Below, one piece after another: positions 51,810-58,336 of a stretch of DNA of 58,336 nucleotides; position 1 is the stretch's first letter; the number at the start of each line of letters is the position of its first letter. Source of the stretch: a virus. Taxonomy: Duplodnaviria > Caudoviricetes. The stretch is taken from the IMG/VR virus record IMGVR_UViG_3300035388_000018, positions 1 to 58,336 of that record; one strand, written 5' to 3'. The position numbers were made by a program, and so were the translations under genes. The notes under the pieces were generated by a model that saw nothing but the letters and a program-made list of their open reading frames with translations, did not search any database and was not told the origin of the DNA.

Positions 51810-54755
51810 TTAATATTCTACGCCATGGCCGGTGAACTCGATCACACGATCGGCCATGGCCACGCACACAGGTTTGTGAGATATAAAAAAATTGGTTTTA
51901 AAGCCGCCCTGGATCATGAACTGTCGGTAAAGAGAAATAAAATCCTGTGCGCTGTGTTCATCAAGCGCCCCGTCCTCTTCATCAAGCATGCAGGAATTAA
52001 AAGCACGCCCGCTCTTTTCCTTGCTGACCATAGTCAGTGCCAAGCGTGCAGCTTTATGTAGCCATACCTGTTCACCGCCGGAAAAAAGATCAAGCAAAAC
52101 TTCTTCCCCGTCCTCAAGGGTCACAACAAAATCAAGGACTTCCTTACCGGTGTCATCCAGGGTGGCGACCTTTAGCGTGTTTCCCGGGCCAAAAGTGGAA
52201 AGTAACAGGTTGTTGGCATAATTGGATATAGAAGGGGCAACGGCGGCAAGCTCAAGGGCCTGCAAGCCTGTTTTAGAGCAACCGTTCCTAGCGTATGTCC
52301 ACTGTGCTGCTTCGGTTAAAAGGACGCCTCGTTTTTCCACCAGGGCATCAAGCTTGGCCTGTTGTGACTCTTTCCGATCAAACTCTTTTTTCAGTTGCAC
52401 CAACTCTGTGCGTTTTTCTGTGGTTTGTCGTGAAGCTTGCTCCATTGCTTGCTCAAGGCCTGCGATATCGGCCTGCAATGTTGTAATTTCGCTGTAGGCC
52501 TTATGTTGTTCTGTCGCAGTGGTGAGCAGGGCGGCGTTTTTAACGGAAAGCTCTTTAAGTTCGGCTTCCAGGACGGCTTCGCACACACTGTGATCATTTT
52601 CTATGTCATCAATATTGACTTGGATACCGGCTTTTAAATTTTCGATAAAAGTAACGGCCTGTTTTGCACTTGCCAGGTCACCGGCCTTAGCGGCCATGGT
52701 TTGAGCTGTTTCAAGTTCGGCGAGCATCTTTTTAATGGACAATGCAAGGCTGTTAATTTTGGCACTGATGGCTTTTTGCTTCCCGGCCAATTCTGTTTCA
52801 GCCGCCATATTTTGTGCTAATGCACTTAAAATTGTATCGGTTTCGGTGTACCCGGCATCCTTAATTAATTCAGAACGGTTTTTTGTCAGGATGGAAAGCC
52901 GTTCTTTTGTTGCTATGATTTCACCTGATTTTTCGGCCATAGCCTGAGTTGCTTCAAGCGATAGCTGGAGTTCAGCGACGGCCATGTTGGCCTGTTCACA
53001 CGCCCGTGTGATGTCGCGGTGCTTTTTAGCCAGTTGACGGCCTAAATCGTGACTTCCGTCAATTTTGCCGTCATAACTGGTCAAGACATTGTTTCTTTCG
53101 AAGCTAAGGCTTTCTAATTCGGTAACGAGGGCATGTTTTTTATTTAAAAAGACCTCACTTTTATGTCTTAAAACTTCCTTTTCCTGCGCTATCGTGGCGA
53201 TTCGTGATTGCCGCCGATCTTCAAGGCCGGGTATCAAGGCTTTTGCCTTTACGGCATTGATAATGAATTTACAAGTTGTGCTGGTACATAATGGGTCGCG
53301 TTCTTCCAGTGCATCGGCTTGCTGGTTGACATATGTCAACTCCTGATTGACAGATGTTAATTCGGCGTCAGAATCAAGGAGTGAAAGCTCAAAATTAAGA
53401 TCATTCAGGTTGTGGTCAGCTTGTGCATGCTTTGTTTCGGCGGCGGTGATGCGGGCGGCAACTTCCGATATAGCCTGAGCCCTGTCTGATACGATCTGTA
53501 GATGATTTTGGTTATGTTCGTTTAATTGTGCGTTGATGTCTGATATTTGTTTTTCCGTTACGGTCTTTTTCTCTCGGGCGTCCAGAAGCGTGGCGTTTAA
53601 TTCGGAGATGCGTTCTTTTGCCTGTTTTACAAGCCCCTCGGTTTTTAACAACTCTTCGCACTGAGTAATATCGTTATCTATCTCCCCCCCCCTGGCCCTC
53701 AATTTGGTTGATACTTGATTGGCAATAGTCAAGGACCCTGTTGTTAGCGTGAGTTGATTCTGAAGCCGCTCCTTGTCTTCACGGGCTGTTTTAAGATCGG
53801 TATCAATCACTATCATCCTGTTCTGTGCCCGATGTATGTCAGGTTCGGCGGCGATTATTTCAGATTGTTGCGTTAATTCCCGGTCGGCATCTTCAAGCTT
53901 GAGTCTAAAAGTAGATAATTTAATGCCGCGGTCTTCCCTTGCTTTTGCCTTGGCTTTCCGGATCGTTTCAATCTGTTCTGCGATTGTATTGAGCTTTTGG
54001 TTTGTGAGCTCACTGTCTTTTGCAATTTCCTGCTGGCCCTGCAGCGCCTCTTTTTTTTTAGTCAACCATGCCCATGTGGATTTATATTTTCTGGATAGAT
54101 CCGCTATTTGTGTGCCTGCGTTTTCAAGCGTTTCCCGTGTGACAAGACAATCATCGATTGACCTTTGTAATGCCTCGATCTTGACGACCAAAGTTGACAG
54201 GGCGGATTCAACCATGCTTACACATTTGCCGGATGTTTTTTCATGGGCCTGAAGCCGCCACAATCCAAGAAATTCGGCCATGAGATCCCTGAGCTTCCCG
54301 GTTCTAATCTCCGACATTTTCTTAGTATTCTGAGCGCAAAAAACGGAGTTAAAAAATAACGCTTCAGATCCCATTATTTCGGTGATGGCCTTTTTGTATG
54401 CCCCGAATTTACCGTCGACAACAGATGATGTACTGTGGTTCTCGTACAAAAAGGCCTCACCACGGCCGGAGTTCGAATCTATAAAGATTTTTGACTGATA
54501 ATGAGTTCCGCCCATCCTGAACCCCAGATCACGAAAAGAATCTTTTAAGTAAAAATGGTGATGCAATGCCCCTTTGCGTGATGGCAGGCTTAAAAAAGGG
54601 TGCATATTGTCAAGCACGGTCGTTTTCCCGGTTCCGCAAGGGCCGGAAAAGGCCACCAGCCCGGTCATTCCTTTGAAATCAATTGTCACTTCATCAAGGC
54701 CCATGCCCCGCTGAATGCCTTTTGCGCCTCTGATTGTTACTTTTTCAATGTCCAT
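51810..54755 (-). CDS. sbcC: SbcC/Rad50-like SMC ATPase
   Basis: GPCGTGKT Walker A, long coiled coil with a central C-x4-C, FSGGE signature, LDEEDG Walker B, ISH. Confidence 0.92.
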   Translation of the reverse strand: MDIEKVTIRGAKGIQRGMGLDEVTIDFKGMTGLVAFSGPCGTGKTTVLDNMHPFLSLPSRKGALHHHFYLKDSFRDLGFRMGGTHYQSKIFIDSNSGRGEAFLYENHSTSSVVDGKFGAYKKAITEIMGSEALFFNSVFCAQNTKKMSEIRTGKLRDLMAEFLGLWRLQAHEKTSGKCVSMVESALSTLVVKIEALQRSIDDCLVTRETLENAGTQIADLSRKYKSTWAWLTKKKEALQGQQEIAKDSELTNQKLNTIAEQIETIRKAKAKAREDRGIKLSTFRLKLEDADRELTQQSEIIAAEPDIHRAQNRMIVIDTDLKTAREDKERLQNQLTLTTGSLTIANQVSTKLRARGGEIDNDITQCEELLKTEGLVKQAKERISELNATLLDAREKKTVTEKQISDINAQLNEHNQNHLQIVSDRAQAISEVAARITAAETKHAQADHNLNDLNFELSLLDSDAELTSVNQELTYVNQQADALEERDPLCTSTTCKFIINAVKAKALIPGLEDRRQSRIATIAQEKEVLRHKSEVFLNKKHALVTELESLSFERNNVLTSYDGKIDGSHDLGRQLAKKHRDITRACEQANMAVAELQLSLEATQAMAEKSGEIIATKERLSILTKNRSELIKDAGYTETDTILSALAQNMAAETELAGKQKAISAKINSLALSIKKMLAELETAQTMAAKAGDLASAKQAVTFIENLKAGIQVNIDDIENDHSVCEAVLEAELKELSVKNAALLTTATEQHKAYSEITTLQADIAGLEQAMEQASRQTTEKRTELVQLKKEFDRKESQQAKLDALVEKRGVLLTEAAQWTYARNGCSKTGLQALELAAVAPSISNYANNLLLSTFGPGNTLKVATLDDTGKEVLDFVVTLEDGEEVLLDLFSGGEQVWLHKAARLALTMVSKEKSGRAFNSCMLDEEDGALDEHSAQDFISLYRQFMIQGGFKTNFFISHKPVCVAMADRVIEFTGHGVEY

Positions 54756-54769
54756 GTTTGTTCCTTTCC

Positions 54770-56008
54770 TTATGCTGCTTTTGAGAGTGTAATGACCGCT
54801 TCGATCTCAACGATATGTTTGATTTTGGCGTCCAGGGCGTCAAGAATTGCCCCGGGTTCCTGGGTTTCCAGCTGATCAATTTTATCAAGGATTTCATTGT
54901 TGAGGGGTTGCCCCTTGATTTCAGCCATTTCCCGGAATTTATCCGTCAATCGCTCCAGACGCATCAACCGTTCACATCGGATATTTTCACGGGGGATCCG
55001 GGCAAGGCGGATATCGACACTTTTGGCACCCTGCGCTTCCAAAAGGCGTTTTAATTCGGCTTGATTAATGGTCTTGACTTCATCGGTGTAAACTTTGATC
55101 TGATACCGGACGATGGCTTCAATCATATTCTGATCGGTAACGGCCAGGGCCTCGACGGTGATATCTTTCTCGGTTGTCAGGTCGGCACCCATGACAACCA
55201 GATTGCGGGTGGGGATGTATGTTGGGGTTGTTTTGAGATAACCCGTTTCAACTTCATGGATAAAAAAGCCCTTTGGCTCAAGTTCCCCATAATCTTTTCT
55301 ATAGGAACTGCCCGGGAAATAAATATTTTTCCCGATCTGTTGCATCATATGGATATGGCCAAGGCAAACCACATCAGCATTTGCAAGGGAAATTTGATCC
55401 TGTGTGACTTCGATATCCTTGCCGGTTAAAATCTGATTCTCGGAGACATGAGCACCGTAAACGTTCCAGTGCCCGGTAAGAACGTGTGGGCAATCATAAT
55501 CAGCGGCACCGGCACCAAACCCCATGAAAACTTGTGCCATGGCCTCGGATATTTCGGCGTCTGTAATTTCGATAGAGTTTGATGTGGATTGAAAATGTTT
55601 CTTTGTCGGGGCCGGGAATTGAGAAATAACGGCCATTGGTGTGGAAAGCGGGCGGATATTCGTTAATCCGGCTTCCGTTAAAAATATTTGCTCTGGGACT
55701 TCTGACACCCATATCCGGGACGGATTGATGTGTTTAAAAAGCAATGGCGCCATGCCGTCATGGGTGGGCGTTCCGATGGGGATAACAACCGGGGCAATGG
55801 TGGATAGGTGGGAGACAATATCAAACAGCAACCGGGCGGATCGGCTTTTCATCCTGATTTCCTGGCTGTCGCTCAGGTCCCCGGCAATAACAATCAGGTC
55901 GGGTGCTTCGGCCTCGGCCTGATCAACTATAAAATTCAGGCATTTTTCACATTCGTCATAATCGATGTCGCGGACGTGAAAATCTGCGGTGTGAAAAACT
56001 CTTAACAT
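54770..56008 (-). CDS. sbcD: SbcD/Mre11-like nuclease
   Basis: HTADFH, IAGD, GTPTHD, GH, LGHIH, YPGS-like metallophosphoesterase motifs; start after AAGGA. Confidence 0.92.
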   Translation of the reverse strand: MLRVFHTADFHVRDIDYDECEKCLNFIVDQAEAEAPDLIVIAGDLSDSQEIRMKSRSARLLFDIVSHLSTIAPVVIPIGTPTHDGMAPLLFKHINPSRIWVSEVPEQIFLTEAGLTNIRPLSTPMAVISQFPAPTKKHFQSTSNSIEITDAEISEAMAQVFMGFGAGAADYDCPHVLTGHWNVYGAHVSENQILTGKDIEVTQDQISLANADVVCLGHIHMMQQIGKNIYFPGSSYRKDYGELEPKGFFIHEVETGYLKTTPTYIPTRNLVVMGADLTTEKDITVEALAVTDQNMIEAIVRYQIKVYTDEVKTINQAELKRLLEAQGAKSVDIRLARIPRENIRCERLMRLERLTDKFREMAEIKGQPLNNEILDKIDQLETQEPGAILDALDAKIKHIVEIEAVITLSKAA

Positions 56009-56057
56009 GCTTTTTTCCTTTCCCGGGCAGGTTCGGGGCCTGCCCAGTGTGTTTGGT

Positions 56058-57071
56058 TTATGCTGCTTTCTGAATTGCGGGACGGTCAAGAAGGGCTTCA
56101 AGAAACTTCAACCGGTTATTGTCGCTCAGCTCATCAATCTTGAAGGCCGCATTCCCCATATCGTATTTGGTTTTTTTGACCCATCCGTTTAGGGTTTCGA
56201 TCTGGTTTTCCGTATCCATGGCCTTGAAATCGGCCACGGTCGCTTCACGCTCGTTTGGCGGGCCGTCAGCTTCGGGCGGTGGCGTTGGTGTTGTGGGTGG
56301 CGCCGGTGTGGGGTTCGTTGCGGGCGCTGTCTTTGTTGCGGGTGTGTCCGGTGAACTGTCACTTGTTGGCATGACCTCTTTATATGTGGGTGTCGCCGGC
56401 TTTCCAAACAACCGTGTGCTTGCGCCCAATTGAGCCTTGAGTGCCAAGTCCTTTACGGCCGGGTCTTTAAAGTCAACCTGTAGCCGGTACCAGACAACGA
56501 CAAACGGGTATTTAAGTTCGGCGGCTGTAAAGTCATTCGGGACATTTAATATTTTCCTGATGGCCCTATTACGGGCCTCAGTTTCAGCAAGCCCCAACAT
56601 GTGGCTTCGTTTTTGCCGGAAAGCATTGTCCACGGCACTCTCAATGTATGGGGCTTTCTGTCTTGGGTCTGAAAAGTTTCTTTTATCCGCTTTTTTGGAA
56701 TGTTCGGCGTACAGGTCATCTTTTATGATGATCATATCAATATCCCCGTGCCCGAATACTGAATGGATTGTTCCGTCAACCCGTTTTCGCCATGCGACGG
56801 CTTCAAAAAGGATATACTCACCACGGATATGTTCTCTAACTCCTGATGTTATCGGGTCCCAACCGATATGGGCTTCGTTTGCCAGTTTTTCTAAAGCAAA
56901 GCCGGTTAATCTGAGGTTGCCGGTTGCCGGGTATATATCTTTGCCGGATGGGTTGGGATCTAAAAGGACTGTCTGAAATACTGCATCATATCCCTGTGCC
57001 GGTGAGTTGTAATTCACATCAACGGCCAATAAATTGACCGTTTGGCCTGTTTCTGGGTGTTTACATATCAT
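56058..57071 (-). CDS. Putative ssDNA-annealing/recombination protein
   Basis: L.KLA..A.I.W, AET.A.NRAIR..L motif, Pro/Thr linker and a small C-terminal domain; upstream of sbcDC. Confidence 0.5.
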   Translation of the reverse strand: MICKHPETGQTVNLLAVDVNYNSPAQGYDAVFQTVLLDPNPSGKDIYPATGNLRLTGFALEKLANEAHIGWDPITSGVREHIRGEYILFEAVAWRKRVDGTIHSVFGHGDIDMIIIKDDLYAEHSKKADKRNFSDPRQKAPYIESAVDNAFRQKRSHMLGLAETEARNRAIRKILNVPNDFTAAELKYPFVVVWYRLQVDFKDPAVKDLALKAQLGASTRLFGKPATPTYKEVMPTSDSSPDTPATKTAPATNPTPAPPTTPTPPPEADGPPNEREATVADFKAMDTENQIETLNGWVKKTKYDMGNAAFKIDELSDNNRLKFLEALLDRPAIQKAA

Positions 57072-57083
57072 CGCATCCCCCTC

Positions 57084-57308
57084 TTAATATGCCGGTTCCC
57101 CGGTGATGCTGGTTTGATTTGCGGCCATGGCCTCGGACAGAATCCGGGCGCCTTCACTTACCTCAACCTTTACGCCAGTGCGGGCCGGACAAACGGTAAC
57201 CGCTTCGAATTCATCCTGTCCGGTATGAGGTTTGAATGTGATTGCCTCAATCTCTGAATCCGGGATTGAGAGGCTTTCGCCGTTGCTCCATTTCACAATT
57301 ACGTCCAT
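57084..57308 (-). CDS. Hypothetical protein
   Basis: AAGGAG RBS before MDVIV. Confidence 0.6.
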   Translation of the reverse strand: MDVIVKWSNGESLSIPDSEIEAITFKPHTGQDEFEAVTVCPARTGVKVEVSEGARILSEAMAANQTSITGEPAY

Positions 57309-57474
57309 TGTTTTTCTCCTTTGGTTGAAATTTTGTGCAAAATCGTTCCCCCGGGTATGTTTCGCCCGGCGGGAACCGTTTCTCGTGGAAGCCGCAATAT
57401 GCAAGACTCCCCGGGTCCGGTCGCTCCCGGAATTTGAAATCAGCGCAATGTGCGCAGATCTGCTCTACAGACAT
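57247..57474 (-). CDS. Small Cys-rich protein
   Basis: CAHC..F...AYC......C.KF. Confidence 0.5.
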   Translation of the reverse strand: MSVEQICAHCADFKFRERPDPGSLAYCGFHEKRFPPGETYPGERFCTKFQPKEKNNGRNCEMEQRRKPLNPGFRD

Positions 57475-57605
57475 AAGAAAATCACCAGGCAGGGGAAGGC
57501 GATGGTAAATAAAATGATCCCTTGGGCGATCATGTTGCACGTTTCTTTGTCAAGCAGGCGTGATAATCGTGGGATTGATTCGAAAAGTTCTAATATTTTT
57601 ACCAT
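57465..57605 (-). CDS. 46-aa membrane peptide, first gene of the recombination operon
   Basis: AAGGGGG RBS; hydrophobic C-terminus; too short for the ORF track. Confidence 0.4.
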   Translation of the reverse strand: MVKILELFESIPRLSRLLDKETCNMIAQGIILFTIAFPCLVIFLCL

Positions 57606-57705
57606 TTTGTCCCCCTTTTGTGATTGTATCGCTCTTTATCCGGTTCGAGCCGTTTACCAATCAAGGTGTGTGGCGCCGGGCCGGTTTATGTTTGAGCTTG
57701 GGGGG

Positions 57706-57759
57706 ATAGTACACAAAAACTTTTGTATATGTCAAGTTATTTTATGAAACTTTTGTATT
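57706..57759 (-). promoter_or_regulatory. Sigma70-type promoter with a distinct operator
   Basis: TTGACA-N18-TACTAT on the minus strand; ACAAAA-AC-TTTTGT palindrome in the spacer; second AAACTTTTGTAT copy upstream of the -35. Confidence 0.65.
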
Positions 57760-57768
57760 ACAGAAAAC

Positions 57769-57803
57769 AAAAAAACCCGATCCGATAAAATCGGGTCGGG
57801 TTT
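57769..57803 (-). terminator. Rho-independent terminator
   Basis: AAACCCGATCCGAT-AAA-ATCGGGTCGGGTTT stem with an A-run on its left. Confidence 0.75.
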
Positions 57804-57935
57804 GGAAGAACTATGTACTATATATTATTTTTTATAAAAAATCGTAGTCGTTTTATTGATTCCAGGGGGAAATTATCTCGTCATCAATACCTTGTAATTT
57901 GTTACAACAATTTTTAATTATGCTTCCGATAAAGC

Positions 57936-58154
57936 CTATTTTCCTGTGGCGGAATTTATCTTTTTATAAACTGGCCTTTTTGCGAGGTAGAACGGAAACC
58001 CAATAATCCATATCAGTAGACAGGCAAAGAACCACCCATACGCGCCCAAGTTGCCCATGCCGTCGATCTGGCCTTTTTTGACGCCGATTGTTTTAGCATC
58101 AATTAACACCCATATTGATGTCCCTATAATAATAATCCAAACCAAGTTTTCCAC
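57936..58154 (-). CDS. Small 2-TM membrane protein
   Basis: AGGAGG RBS, GTG start; SIWV..DA, W...CLL.WI.GFP.YL.KR. Confidence 0.7.
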   Translation of the reverse strand: MENLVWIIIIGTSIWVLIDAKTIGVKKGQIDGMGNLGAYGWFFACLLIWIIGFPFYLAKRPVYKKINSATGK

Positions 58155-58336
58155 CGATCCTCCTTTTTGAGTTAATAAACATAAAAGAACTTGCTTAAAT
58201 ACCAAAGCATCAGAAATTTACAAACTGAAAATAGAAAATTGGCAATAACTCAATAATCAATGTAACTTATTGTTTTTACATAGAATAAAATAAATCTAGA
58301 CTTTTTATTAATACTAGTGTATAGCATTCTAAGTTA

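Larger units (their letters stand above)
1..58336. mobile_element. P1-like phage-plasmid (partial genome)
   Basis: P1-type morphogenesis and dar genes together with rep, iterons and par; no host housekeeping context in the window. Confidence 0.92.

Noticed and set aside
58141-58152. CCAAGTTTTCC operator half-site
   Set aside because: A single half-site inside a coding start, lacking the partner half-site and the TGTCAA at the conserved spacing.
1-58336. tRNA/rRNA genes or IS elements
   Set aside because: No cloverleaf, rRNA-like segment or transposase recognised by eye; a tRNAscan/ISEScan run would be needed to exclude them formally.

Overview
This window is about 58 kb of a divergent P1-like (Punavirus-type) phage-plasmid; host not determinable from the sequence. 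Plus strand 1-37.8 kb is the virion region. It opens with a contractile-tail block in P1 order: sheath, gp21-, PmgG-, BplB-, PmgC-, Tub-, PmgB-, Sit-, PmgA-, BplA- and gp16-like genes, then a tail fibre and chaperone. Next comes an expanded capsid-internal antirestriction set (hdf, a 1087-aa darA, ddrA, ddrB-like, an extra PPase/ART polyvalent protein, darB, ulx) interrupted by a 5-gene accessory fibre cassette and a lysis trio, followed by portal and prohead protease. 37.8-40 kb is a plasmid replicon (8 iterons, rep, type Ib parA/parG). Minus strand 40-58 kb is an early region with a small tyrosine recombinase, many small ORFs, a PAPS-reductase-family gene, thymidylate synthase, NinB/HNH, SbcCD and a putative annealase. 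Best leads: (1) a shared 14-aa motif at the (predicted processed) N-termini of three injected proteins, plus recurrent hydrophobic-hydrophobic-E|S protease sites, suggesting an address-tagged, protease-processed capsid cargo system; (2) a hidden +1-frame ORF between pmgB and sit behind a TTT_CGG shift site; (3) a 22-aa-repeat 'ruler' protein cassette; (4) three near-identical promoter/operator units; (5) repeated GC hairpins ahead of small early genes. All P1 homology calls rest on recalled motifs and synteny, not on database searches.
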